Shown piece after piece: positions 1 to 12,782 of a stretch of DNA of 64,000 nucleotides; the first letter of the stretch is position 1, and each line of letters opens with the position of its first letter. The position numbers were made by a program, and so were the translations under genes. The notes beneath the pieces are model-generated. The model searched no databases. It saw nothing but the letters and a program-made list of their open reading frames with translations, and was not told the origin of the DNA. This DNA comes from Paraphysomonas bandaiensis (taxonomy: Eukaryota > Protista > Chrysophyceae), in contig CBFFRP010000069.1 of the NCBI GenBank assembly GCA_965644295.1, forward strand, positions 1 to 64,000, in the 5' to 3' direction.

Positions 1-47
1 ACACGAACCTGTCTGCCATGAATGTCTGTTAGATTACATGTACGTAC

Positions 48-1085
48 GTATATATAATGGTTGCGGAAGGAAACCTGTGACTTCAACTCGCCTCAATAGC
101 GGTGGCGACTGCTATTGGGACAGTGTCGTCATGAAAAGATGTGACCTTCCCAACCTTCATATGTTATACTTGTTTGTTCGGTCACCTGTGATATCCACTC
201 GTGTCAGTAGCGGTGGCGACTGCTATTGGCGCAGGGTTGTCATGAAAAGATGTCGACAGAACTTACTTGTATGTTATACTGTATATATAATGGTTGCGGA
301 AGGAAACCTGTGACTTCAACTCGCCTCAATAGCGGTGGCGACTGCTATTGGGACAGTGTCGTCATGAAAAGATGTGACCTTCCCAACCTTCATATGTTAT
401 ACTTGTTTGTTCGGTCACCTGTGATATCCACTCGTGTCAGTAGCGGTGGCGACTGCTATTGGCGCAGGGTTGTCATGAAAAGATGTCGACAGAACTTACT
501 TGTATGTTATACTGTATATATAATGGTTGCGGAAGGAAACCTGTGACTTCAACTCGCCTCAATAGCGGTGGCGACTGCTATTGGGACAGTGTCGTCATGA
601 AAAGATGTGACCTTCCCAACCTTCATATGTTATACTTGTTTGTTCGGTCACCTGTGATATCCACTCGTGTCAGTAGCGGTGGCGACTGCTATTGGCGCAG
701 GGTTGTCATGAAAAGATGTCGACAGAACTTACTTGTATGTTATACTGTATATATAATGGTTGCGGAAGGAAACCTGTGACTTCAACTCGCCTCAATAGCG
801 GTGGCGACTGCTATTGGGACAGTGTCGTCATGAAAAGATGTGACCTTCCCAACCTTCATATGTTATACTTGTTTGTTCGGTCACCTGTGATATCCACTCG
901 TGTCAGTAGCGGTGGCGACTGCTATTGGCGCAGGGTTGTCATGAAAAGATGTCGACAGAACTTACTTGTATGTTATACTGTATATATAATGGTTGCGGAA
1001 GGAAACCTGTGACTTCAACTCGCCTCAATAGCGGTGGCGACTGCTATTGGGACAGTGTCGTCATGAAAAGATGTGACCTTCCCAA
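48..1085. repeat. 233-bp tandem array (~4.5 identical units), each a dimer of 111+122-bp subrepeats carrying a 56-nt hairpin
   Basis: GTATATATAATGGTTGCGG recurs at 48, 281, 514, 747 and 980. Core TAGCGGTGGCGACTGCTATTGG...GTCATGAAAAGATGT occurs twice per unit. Confidence 0.95.
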
Positions 1086-1269
1086 TCTGCACGTGTTGCA
1101 TCCGTGTATTCTGTGCCCATGGTCTTTTGCTTGCAGTAAAATACATATCTATTATAAATATACATTAACTATTGAAATATATTGTACAGATATATTTACT
1201 ATTAGCATGAAAGAACCAGTGCCATGTTGAAGACCTTTATGTCCGCCTGCTGCATGCATTATGTGGTAA

Positions 1270-3092
1270 GAGTGAGATGGTATAGTGTATATAGTTAGAT
1301 GGTATAGGGATGTATAGTGAGATAGTATAGTGGCATATATTGAGATGGTATAGTGGTATATATTGATATGGTATAGTGGTATATAGTGATATGGTATAGT
1401 GGTATATTGTGAGATGGTATAGTGGTATATTGTGATATGGTATAGTGGTATATTGTGAGATGGTATAGTGGTATATTGTGAGATGGTATAGTGGTATATA
1501 GTGATATGGTATAGTGTTATATAGTGAGATGGTATAGTGGTATATAGTGGGATGGTATCTGCGTGTATTGTGAGATGGTACAATGGTTGTATAGTGAGAT
1601 GGTATAGTGTATATAGTTAGATGGTATATGGGTGAATCGTAATATGGTATAGTGGCATATGGTGAGATGGTATAGTGATATGGTATAGTAGTGGTATATA
1701 GTGAGATGGTATAGTGGTATATAGTGAGATGGTATAGTGGTGAATAGTAATATGGTGTAGGGATGTATAGTGAGATGGTATATTAGCATAGTTAGATGGC
1801 ATAGTGATATATAGTTAGATGGTATAGTGCTATAATATAGTGAGATGGTATAGTGATGTATAGTGAGATAGTATAGTGACATATGGTGAGATGGTATAGT
1901 GGTATATAGTGAGATGGTATAGTGGTATATAGTGGGATGGTATCTGGGTATATAGTGAGATGGTACAGTGGTTGTATAGTGAGATGGTATAGTGGTATAT
2001 TGTGAGATGGTATAGTGGTATATTGTGAGATGGTATAGTGGTATATAGTGATATGGTATAGTGTTATATAGTGAGATGGTATAGTGGTATATAGTGAGAT
2101 GGTACAGTGGTTGTATAGTGCGATGGTACAGTGGTTGTATAGTGAGATGGTATAGTGTATATAGTTAGATGGTATATGGGTGAATCGTAATATGGTATAG
2201 TGGCATATGGTGAGATGGTATAGTGATATGGTATAGTAGTGGTATATAGTGAGATGGTATAGTGGTATATAGTGGGATGGTATAGTGGTGAATAGTAATA
2301 TGGTGTAGGGATGTATAGTGAGATGGTATATTAGCATAGTTAGATGGCATAGTGATATAATATAGTGAGATGGTATAGTGATGTATAGTGAGATAGTATA
2401 GTGACATATGGTGAGATGGTATAGTGGTATATAGTGAGATGGTATAGTGGTATATAGTGGGATGGTATCTGGGTGTATAGTGAGATGGTACAGTGGTTGT
2501 ATAGTGAGATGGTATCTGGATGTATAGTGAGATGGTATAGTGACATATGGTGAGATGGTATCGTGGTATATAGTGAGATGGTATAGTGGGATGGTATCTG
2601 GGTGTGTAGTGATATGGTACAGTGGTTGTATAGTGAGATGGTGTAGTGGTATATAGTGAGATGGTATATTAGCATAGTTAGATGGCATAGTGATATATAG
2701 TTAGATGGTATAGTGGTATAATATAGTGAGATAGTATAGTGGCATATGGTGAGATGGTATAGTGATATATAGTGATATGGTATAGTAGTGGTATATAGTG
2801 AGATGGTATAGTGGTATATAGTGAGATGGTATAGTGGTATATAGTGGGATGGTATAGTGGTGAATAGTAATATGGTATCTGGATGTATAGTGAGATGGTA
2901 TATTAGCATAGTTAGATGGCATAGTGATATATAGTTAGATGGTGCAGTGGTTGTATAGTGAGATGGTATAGTGGTATATAGTGAGATAGTATAGTGGTAT
3001 ATAGTGAGATGGTATAGTGATGTATAGTGAGATGGTATAGTGGTATAATATAGTGATGTATAGTGAGGTAGTATATGGGTGTATAGTGAAAT
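1270..3092. repeat. Degenerate ~23-bp satellite (GTGAGATGGTATAGTGGTATATA), C-poor on + strand
   Basis: Continuous variants of the motif with larger internal block duplications. Y/H/T/I-rich minus-strand ORFs are translation artefacts. Confidence 0.95.
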
Positions 3093-4074
3093 ATAAAAGA
3101 ATATCTGATTATTACATGAGAACGGTTGCGTACAGAAACTAGTTTTACATCTATAGAATAACTAATAACTCGACTTACTATATACTACTATTAGCGGGCT
3201 ACCGTCTCGGGACTGCTTGTGCATCGCTGCGAGCACCATGGTTCAACCGTCCCTTGCAGTGAGGTTAATCGGGGGGTCTGCCTTTGGGCAGTGTGTCTGC
3301 CGGGCCTGTATCGTGAGTTTTACGGGGGATGGTTGGGGCTAGATGTATATGAGAGTGTAAGTCGGTGGTGTAGATGGTGCTCGTTGTCGAGGTGGGATTT
3401 CGACCACAAGTAAGGAGGAGTTGTTTCCGGAGTGGTGGTGCTTGTCTCTGTCGGGTTCGGACTCTTGCAGCGGATAGAATTCTTGGGGTGGATGTCGCTA
3501 GGAGTAGTTGGAGTATTTTTGGTGTCGGGTGAGTATCCTGCGACGGGCGTTGCTGTGAGTGTGGTGGGGTCGTAATCGGTGTTACTGATGCCGTGTCTGT
3601 GTTGTGATGTCTGAGACCTCTGTTTCGAAGCATGCGGAGCCCTCCACCATATAGGGGAAGGAGGATAGAGGTTACGGATTTTTCGAGAACGTGGAACTGA
3701 TGTTCGAGCAGTGAGCTGGATATGTGGCGTCCGAATGCGTCGGTCAATTGTGTGGCAGTAATGTGGCCGGTCCAGTAGCGCTCAGCCTGGGGTGTGTGTG
3801 GATTCCATGCGGCTTTTGCTAGTTTGATTATGGCGGTGTGGAACCAGGGATGGGGGAGCGTGCGTGTGCGAAGTTTGTCGAACTTGTGGTGTGCTTGGTG
3901 AACATCTTCACGTATGTGAGTGAGGTCGGGGTGTGTGCAGGTGAGAAGCATGTGTGCCATGTTGTCGATTGGGAGTGCACAGTCTGCGCATGCTGAGGCC
4001 GTTGTTATGTGATCAGGCCCGGTTTTCCCTTTGGCTTGATTTCTGCCCATCGCGTATGATTTGTCCCATACGTA
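3093..4074 (-). mobile_element. 5'-truncated non-LTR retrotransposon (LINE) 3' fragment inserted into the satellite
   Basis: 15-bp TSD GGTGTATAGTGAAAT at 3078-3092 and 4075-4089. The reading frame is open from the truncation point (YVWDKSYAMGRNQ...) and contains the CX2CX7HX4C zinc knuckle CADCALPIDNMAHMLLTC, typical of the region C-terminal to non-LTR RT. Confidence 0.8.
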
Positions 4075-4462
4075 GGTGTATAGTGAAATGGTATATGGGT
4101 GTATAGTGAGATAGTGTAGTGATGTATAGTTAGGTGGTATAGTGGTATACAGTAGATAGTATAGTGGTATAATATAGTGGGATGGTATAGTGATGCATAG
4201 TAATATGGTATGGGTGTATAGTGAGATGGTATATGGGTGTATAGTGAGATGGTATATGGGTGTATAGTGAGATAGTGTAGTGATGTATAGTTAGGTGGTA
4301 TAGTGGCATACAGTAGATGGTATAGTGGTATAATATAGTGGGATGGTATAGTGATGCATAGTAATATGGTATGGGTGTATAGTGAGATGGTATATGGGTG
4401 TATAGTGAGATGGTATGTGGGTGTATTCTGAGATGGTGTAGTGGTGTTTAGTGAGATGGTTA
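4075..4462. repeat. Continuation of the G/T/A satellite
   Basis: Same motif family as 1270-3092. Confidence 0.9.
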
Positions 4463-4473
4463 TAGTTCATACT

Positions 4474-4693
4474 TGTGAACTGTATGTAATATATATGTGT
4501 AGTCGGTGACTTTTATTGCTGTAAAACTGAAGTAATATGGAAGAAATTAGTAAAAAATATTATAAATAATACTCTTCACACTGTTATTAACTTCATAGTT
4601 ACTTATTGTGCATAGTTATACCCTTTTCCGACCATCACCAAAAATTTCACCAGGTTTTACATCAAAACCCAGGTTTTGGTATTACCTCGACTT
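4474..4693. repeat. Dispersed ~220-bp repeat; diverged reverse-complement copy at ~53101-53310
   Basis: ...CCAGGTTTTGGTATTACCTCGACTT matches the reverse complement of AAGTCGAGGTAATACCAAAACCTGG at 53101, and similarity continues along the block. Confidence 0.75.
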
Positions 4694-7281
4694 CAATACA
4701 AAATAGGACAAATTGTTGAACGTATGACTCCGACATTTCAGCTAGCCTCACGACGGTCAACACTCTTATAAATTTCTTCCTCATTATGACATCATCTTAT
4801 TGTCTCTGATAACTTCTTCCTGAGAACTTCCCTGATCTTCACCTAAACACTTCTTTCTATTGAAGCATCTTATAATGATGATGACACCACACAACGATTT
4901 GTCTTGGTAAAAATATCAGCAGTTTGGTCACCAGTACTAACATGATAATGTGATTCAATTGAATGGGCCGCCTGGGTCGATTCAACAGTCGGACTCGCAC
5001 CTTTTCGTGGTGTTCTTGCGGACAAGTACCGTAGACATTTCTCCGCCGGGAACTAACGTGAGCCGCATATTATATATAGACAGCAGATAGCAGATATTGT
5101 TCTGCCCACTCATAGCTAAATACTTGTGTTAGGTAGACACGATCTTATACAGTCAAAGTATTTCAGTATCTCTAACATAATTCATATCTTACATTTATAT
5201 CATGTACTACAGTTTCCAACTACTGTATTCTTCAACTAACGGTCATAATTCAAATACCTTAAAATACAACTTTTAACTTTTCTCAAAGATGCAAAAATAA
5301 ACGCCCCCTCTAAATTCACAGCTGTATATTAGTTCTTTACACCACGAGACAGAAGTGACGGATACGCAACCACCCAATACAAAATAGGACAAATTGTTGA
5401 ACGTATGACTCCGACATTTCAGCTAGCCTCACGACGGTCAACACTCTTATAAATTTCTTCCTCATTATGACATCATCTTATTGTCTCTGATAACTTCTTC
5501 CTGAGAACTTCCCTGATCTTCACCTAAACACTTCTTTCTATTGAAGCATCTTATAATGATGATGACACCACACAACGATTTGTCTTGGTAAAAATATCAG
5601 CAGTTTGGTCACCAGTACTAACATGATAATGTGATTCAATTGAATGGGCCGCCTGGGTCGATTCAACAGTCGGACTCGCACCTTTTCGTGGTGTTCTTGC
5701 GGACAAGTACCGTAGACATTTCTCCGCCGGGAACTAACGTGAGCCGCATATTATATATAGACAGCAGATAGCAGATATTGTTCTGCCCACTCATAGCTAA
5801 ATACTTGTGTTAGGTAGACACGATCTTATACAGTCAAAGTATTTCAGTATCTCTAACATAATTCATATCTTACATTTATGTCATGTACTACAGTTTCCAA
5901 CTACTGTATTCTTCAACTAACGGTCATAATTCAAATACCTTAAAATACAACTTTTAACTTTTCTCAAAGATGCAAAAATAAACGCCCCCTCTAAATTCAC
6001 AGCTGTATATTAGTTCTTTACACCACGAGACAGAAGTGACGGATACGCAACCACCCAATACAAAATAGGACAAATTGTTGAACGTATGACTCCGACATTT
6101 CAGCTAGCCTCACGACGGTCAACACTCTTATAAATTTCTTCCTCATTATGACATCACCTTATTGTCTCTGATAACTTCTTCCTGAGAACTTCCCTGATCT
6201 TCACCTAAACACTTCTTTCTATTGAAGCATCCTATAATGATGATGACACCACACAACGATTTGTCTTGGTAAAAATATCAGCAGTTTGGTCACCAGTACT
6301 AACATGATAATGTGATTCAATTGAATGGGCCGCCTGGGTCGATTCAACAGTCGGACTCGCACCTTTTCGTGGTGTTCTTGCGGACAAGTACCGTAGACAT
6401 TTCTCCGCCGGGAACTAACGTGAGCCGCATATTATATATAGACAGCAGATAGCAGATATTGTTCTGCCCACTCATAGCTAAATACTTGTGTTAGGTAGAC
6501 ACGATCTTATACAGTCAAAGTATTTCAGTATCTCTAACATAATTCATATCTTACATTTATGTCATGTACTACAGTTTCCAACTACTGTATTCTTCAACTA
6601 ACGGTCATAATTCAAATACCTTAAAATACAACTTTTAACTTTTCTCAAAGATGCAAAAATAAACGCCCCCTCTAAATTCACAGCTGTATATTAGTTCTTT
6701 ACACCACGAGACAGAAGTGACGGATACGCAACCACCCAATACAAAATAGGACAAATTGTTGAACGTATGACTCCGACATTTCAGCTAGCCTCACGACGGT
6801 CAACACTCTTATAAATTTCTTCCTCATTATGACATCATCTTATTGTCTCTGATAACTTCTTCCTGAGAACTTCCCTGATCTTCACCTAAACACTTCTTTC
6901 TATTGAAGCATCTTATAATGATGATGACACCACACAACGATTTGTCTTGGTAAAAATATCAGCAGTTTGGTCACCAGTACTAACATGATAATGTGATTCA
7001 ATTGAATGGGCCGCCTGGGTCGATTCAACAGTCGGACTCGCACCTTTTCGTGGTGTTCTTGCGGGCAAGTACCGTAGACATTTCTCCGCCGGGAACTAAC
7101 GTGAGCCGCATATTATATATAGACAGCAGATAGCAGATATTGTTCTGCCCACTCATAGCTAAATACTTGTGTTAGGTAGACACGATCTTATACAGTCAAA
7201 GTATTTCAGTATCTCTAACATAATTCATATCTTACATTTATATCATGTACTACAGTTTCCAACTACTGTATTCTTCAACTA
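4694..7281. repeat. 681-bp tandem array (3.8 near-identical copies): chimera of a Copia 3' end (minus strand) and a SINE-like head (plus strand)
   Basis: Units start at 4694, 5375, 6056 and 6737. The minus strand encodes the Copia RNase H motif YHVSTGDQTADIFTK, then a PPT-like GAGGGGGCG and LTR sequence. The plus strand carries GTCGGACTCGCACCTTTTCGTGGTG. Confidence 0.9.
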
Positions 7282-7350
7282 GACGTCTTTAGGCCTTGAC
7301 GAATAAACAGTAGGCATCCAGGGTATTGGGCCCACCTCAAGGGCATCCGG

Positions 7351-7790
7351 TTCAGTGGAAGTGGCTTCAACATTCATATCTTCACAGATGCAGATTGGGC
7401 TGGAGACATCTTACCGCACCGATCCACTTCGGGATAAATTGTGCTTGCTATGGGTGGACCGCTTACATGGCGGTATATTTTACAAGTCCCTGTCTCGTGT
7501 CTCGACTTCATCAATTCAGAGTGAGTATTAAGCCATGTAAGCTGGTATGCAGAAATTGGTGTGACCTGGGGGGGATGTTGCCGAACTAGGACTTCGACTG
7601 TGCGAACCCACTCCATTTTCCTGGATAGCCAAAGCGCCCGTGATTAAGCACCGAACCCAATTTTCCATAGAGCTTTACTCTCAACACAGGAACTAATTGT
7701 TCATCTTGAAGTAAACTCATGACGTTCTAGCTCTCTTATCAATTGCGTTGTATTATTCAATATTATGCTGCACTCACTCTTTTATAATAA
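7351..7790 (+). pseudogene. Degenerate Copia RNase H fragment
   Basis: Translates FSGSGFNIHIFTDADWAGD..RSTSG* with stops and frameshifts. Confidence 0.75.
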
Positions 7791-7906
7791 ACACTACAAT
7801 CTAGCGTTGAACGAGTTCTAGCTATTTGAATTCTTTAATTGTACACCAATGCCTCGGATTAACTTACTCAGAAATTATCGAAGAAAGACTAGTATATGAC
7901 TTCTGT

Positions 7907-9006
7907 CTAATGCCAGATGATAGAGTTTGACATTAGCAATGAAGCAAAATTCACTCCACATTTTTCTTTAGGTCGAGTGCTATAATCTACTACGATGTTG
8001 TTGAGAGCCCACTGCTCCCAACATGACTGGAACCCTGGCGAATTGAACACCACTCCTGTTTTGGGCCTCGACACAATCTGTTCATCACTTTCAGCAATTC
8101 ATGAAATGCATCCAAGAAAGTATTACACCTGAATAGCTTTAGCATCCTTACTCCCAGTAGGCATGGTGATACTCAAAGCGCAACTGTGTACGTAGCACCG
8201 ATCACGTGTAGTACTGTCAAGACGTGGAGCGTATAGGATGTCGCCAAGTGCAGGGCTACCAAGGGAGCGCAGCATGATGCGTACCTGATGGGTCTTCTCA
8301 GTCATAGGCTTTATCACAAAAGCACGCAATGATGGAGCATTTGCAGTGGAGTAGAGATCATACTCACTCTTTTCTCGCATGGTATCATCCTGCAGACAGA
8401 ATAAAGACTAACATTCGTACGCAACATATTCCCACTCACATCAACACTTCCCTCCAGAATGCTGAAGCTAAACGACTTACTTATAAACCTGCTCTTAGCA
8501 GGATCATTAGTAGAGCGGCACAGCTTCCACTGAGATCGTCTGCTCTTGATTATGTCCCCAACTACAAGTCCCATTTTCTTTCTCGGCTTTGAATTCGATA
8601 TAGCCACGTAATATTTCGATATATCTCCACTTAAGAATGCCCGGGAGAAATAAGATGCACTGTCTTTCGATTTAGCTAGTAGGACGACACCAGACATTGC
8701 ACGATCCAATCTGAAACTACTCGTAAGAAATATATATTTCAGAAGGTAGATTTACCGATGTACAGAATATAACTGGCCTTTATGTGCTATCCTATCCATG
8801 TTTTGAAGAGCTCGAGCCGCAGCCATCAGATTATTACTAGTTTCATCGTCGTGTAATAATCCAAACGGTTTCTCCAAAACAACAGCATGTTCATTTTCAT
8901 AAACCACGTCGACCGCTTCCGCAATTTCATCTGATAGGTATCTACATGCAGAATGAGGGGCTCTGACAACTCTACGAACCAAAGAAACTAGCATGGCACT
9001 AGCCAT
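7907..9006 (-). CDS. RluA-family RNA pseudouridine synthase (multi-exon)
   Basis: Catalytic HR|LD motif split by an intron (YSVHR/LDRAMSGVVLLAK), plus KTHQVR and LGDILY motifs. About 3 short introns. Confidence 0.85.
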
Positions 9007-9423
9007 ATAGATCAAGAAGAACTAGTGAAAGCTAGTATATCGATCAAGTGGAAAGCTCAATCAGTACCCGTAAAGTTTTCTTAACCATCAACATCAACGC
9101 AGGCTGAGCTTGGAGAAGGTAAACTGAAACCTCCAGTTTTGATGATTTTCTTACTGTACACCATTCTGTTTTTTTCGAATTTATTTAACTTTTGATCTTG
9201 AGAAAAACACCACTCCGCACTCGGACGTCGTAACCTATTTTTTTTGCTGGAAGTGATATGAAATACTTGTGACAGCAGTGTCAGAGGCTTCGTTGATATA
9301 CCAGTGTTTCTTGACTATTTATTCCATCTCTCATACTTATCGTGAAGAAATAAACTACTCTCTTCTGTAGTCCCCTTTTCGTCCACTCTGTCTGCGCTAT
9401 CACACTCGATACATCATTACATC

Positions 9424-12140
9424 ATGACAGACAGGATTGGACAGGTGTGGCAGGAAGGAGAAATACTCGCCAGCAGGTAATATTTTAGGTACCAGTTGAA
9501 TTTGGCAGCTAATAATAGTGTATAGAGGTCAGATTCACGATGCCCTCATGTGCTTTCAACAAGGTGTAAATATTCTTGAGCTCCAAAAATGTAGTGTATC
9601 ATACTGTGTTATATCGTCAGCGAAAGCACTTCTGCTAGTAGAATCAAAAAAGAATTACGAGACAAAAGGCTTGTAAGTATAAGCTGTACTTAGATGTATA
9701 GGTATGAAATATACCGTGGTGTAACTATATTCATCAGATCACAATCTGGTGCTAGAATCCCACAAATTCTAGGGGAAATATTGATGAAGGTTGAAAATCG
9801 CTTGTGATGACATGCGTAACATGTTGATAGCTAAACCAAAGTGTTGATAAAAATGTGGCGGTGCTTAGCAAGAATCCAGTCCTATCCCTGCAGTTGAGGC
9901 CCGGGTTTACGAAGAAAGATGTCAAGCGTGCCTACAAACAAGCTGCCCTTAAGTACCACCCAGGTGCGTGAGTGAGAATATTATTCTTAAGCCTCACAAC
10001 TGTGCTAGACAAAAATAAGGACCGCGACACGAGCTGTATATTCGCTGTTGTCCAGGCTGCTTACGAAGTGCTGCTAGCAACTGCCCCCTCTGATCCTCCA
10101 GCTCGAACTGCCTCTGCCATGGGTACAACGCCGTCACATCTTCATTCCAGTTTCCGACGACCGAGCAGTAGTAGGGGTGCTGTAGATCCCATCCATTCTA
10201 CCAAACGGCCACCAGAGACAAATGACGAGTCGAAAGAGAAGCAGCAGCCGAAACAGAAAACCCACCAAGAAGCCTCAGGTATTGCGCACATGTCGTCGGA
10301 TGAGCTCAGAGCGGCGCTGCGTAAGATCGGGGTACATCGACCATATTTCTATTCTTGTATAGTATCACCTCCTTTTTAGTTCGACCGGTTGGAGAGGGCT
10401 ACAAGAGAAGAGTTAATAAAGAAGTATCTAGCAGCGAAGTCTCATTTCGGTGGTCATGACACAAGTGCTGATGCCGGTGCTGGATGGCGCGCCAGGATGA
10501 ACGATGAGTTGCGCGAGAAACGCCAAAGAGAGAGAGAGGCATATTTTTGTTATTATTTTTATTCCTTTGATTCTGAATTCGCTTTACAGACGAGCAGTCG
10601 AAAGAAACAAGCCAAGGAGAGCGAGGCAGGGCATTCATCTGCAGATCGGAACAGACATGAGCGGGTGCAACGTATGAAGCTAGAGCTACCGCGTATGAGT
10701 ATTACTGAACTGCGACGTATGACGAACATATGGTAGGGGTAGAATATGCAGTCGTTTGTTCCTTATGTTTAGCTTGTAGCGGTATATCGACGGCGGGATT
10801 CATCGAGAAGCAAGACTTGCTCTCGGCGCTTTGTGCACACTATGGTATAGCGATAGGGGACTTAGTTTTCCCTAAAGAGAATCTAGAAAAGAGCAATGCC
10901 TCCCCGTGGTAAGTATTTCGGCATTACTGTCCTGTGGCTGTATGCACCACATGACCGATATTAAGTAGTACGAGTAAGAATGCAGAGTCTAGCAAGCCCA
11001 CTGACCCTGGGCCTATTCGACCGAATGAGAGAGTCAGTCTGGATAAGCTACGGCGTGTTATGCAGGCCAGGTTTGGATTCGTCCTTTTTGTAGAATTTTC
11101 TTACTTTTTCGAAGCGGGTGTACCTCCAGAGAAAGTATCAGCAACCGGGGTGAGTTACCTAAAACACAGGTTACCTCCGCTTCAAATGATGTGCCTCCTA
11201 CTGGGAGAAGCAAGTGTAGACCTTGTGCGGGCAATGTTTGGAGTGAGTAGTGCACTACATATACTCATTTTTTCTTATCCTTTCTGCAGCTCGTGAACGA
11301 CTCAAAGACATGGAACGAAAGGTAATGTTCCTCTCTGTGAAATGATAGTTTCATGAAAGTTTGTAGTTGCGAGGCAATCGACTAAAAAGGAACCCGACCC
11401 GTAGTAAACCTGTGACAGTAGATGAAGACGAAACACACATCGACCGCATGTTAGCTGAGGAGGAAAAAAAGTTCCAAAAATTCGAGGGCGTTGGAGCTAC
11501 AGCTACTGGCGTTAGGACAGCTCTTTCTCCCGTTTTTCCAGGGGCAGTTTTAGAAAGTGATAGCGACGACGACGAAATACAGTGGGTCTCACAGCAGGCT
11601 CCTTCGGGCAAGTCTATCTCTATCAATGGTGAAGATGTCTCCAACAAGTCTCCGAAATCAAGAAGCCCTCTGGATGAGGAACTATTCAATAGTATATACA
11701 TCCCTACGGGTGGTCTTAACTTAAATGTGGACGACATTTCCTCCAATGGCGAAACGAACAGCGATAGTGATGATGATGAGTCGGAGTTTGGCAACCCTGA
11801 TATATCTCCAGAACAGCTTAAGGCTATGAGGTTACGGCGCTTTGAGAGCAAGTTGTACAAGTCTTCTGTCAACGAGGCAGACGGTACGGAGACCTGGACA
11901 AAGAAGGAGGATCAGTTTGATAATAGCATAGATGTTACTTCATTTTTAAGCACATTAAACATTAACAAGCCGCTGCACGTGGGCGTTGCACTTCTGTCTG
12001 ATGATGATGACGATGAGGATATAGACGACGGTGCAAATGTTCCCCTCAAGAGATCTTCTCATAATTCAAGTAGACCTTCACTCGTTAGGCCATTGGACAA
12101 TTGCAGTCCGAGCGCAACCGCATGGATGGAACACCGCTGA
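9424..12140 (+). CDS. DnaJ/J-domain-containing protein (multi-exon, acidic low-complexity C-terminus)
   Basis: DVKRAYKQAALKYHP|DKN...AAYEVL, with HPD across an intron. Exon chain to the stop at 12140 is approximate. Confidence 0.7.
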
Positions 12141-12488
12141 TGATTTTACTGCACCTATATGGTGCATCTCAAATGTTACTATATATATGTCTTACTGTAC
12201 TTTTATGTTTTTGATGTTTGTGTTTGCTTCTTTTTATATAATACGGTGCAGCTTTTGTGACAGTAATCTTGGTACAGCGCAACACAAGGAACACGAAATC
12301 TTGAGCAAAATAATATAATTTGCGTTCTGAAATTAGTAGTAATTTTCGTATTAAGTTATAAGGAAAGTATAAAACTTCGCTTCCTTAGCAGTTTTGTGAT
12401 CACTTAGTCAACGTTGAGTTTTGCTGTTTGTGAGCAATTAAATGTCGTAGTTTCTAAGATATTTGAATTATAACCGCTACTCAAAGAA

Positions 12489-12782
12489 TATTAGAATATG
12501 GATCTTATTCTAGTATATTCAGTATGTCACTTGAAGACAATGTACGAGAATACAGTGAAATATAGTGATGTACAAATGTTGTGATGATATTGAGAAACTG
12601 AAATAGGTTGACCTTTCAAGATATGTTCAGTAACGAGAGGTTCGCATATGTAGGATATTATGCAGGGATTATAATGAGTTAGTGTTGGTTATCACAACTT
12701 CGTGTAAACGATACTAATAAATCTATCTAGTCTTACGACAAATTCTCTCTGTGATCTAGTGTAAAATGAGCATTTCTCAATA
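12489..12782 (+). repeat. 5' LTR (294 bp), termini TATTAGAA...TTCTCAATA
   Basis: Identical by eye to 19888-20181. Confidence 0.95.

Noticed and set aside
38-1230. Repeated 91-106 aa ORFs; also considered as a CRISPR array
   Set aside because: The ORFs shift frame every 233-bp unit. Linkers alternate between only two identical sequences (no unique spacers), there are no cas genes, and the context is eukaryotic.
1152-2922. Y/H/T/I-rich minus-strand ORFs
   Set aside because: Translations of a low-complexity satellite.
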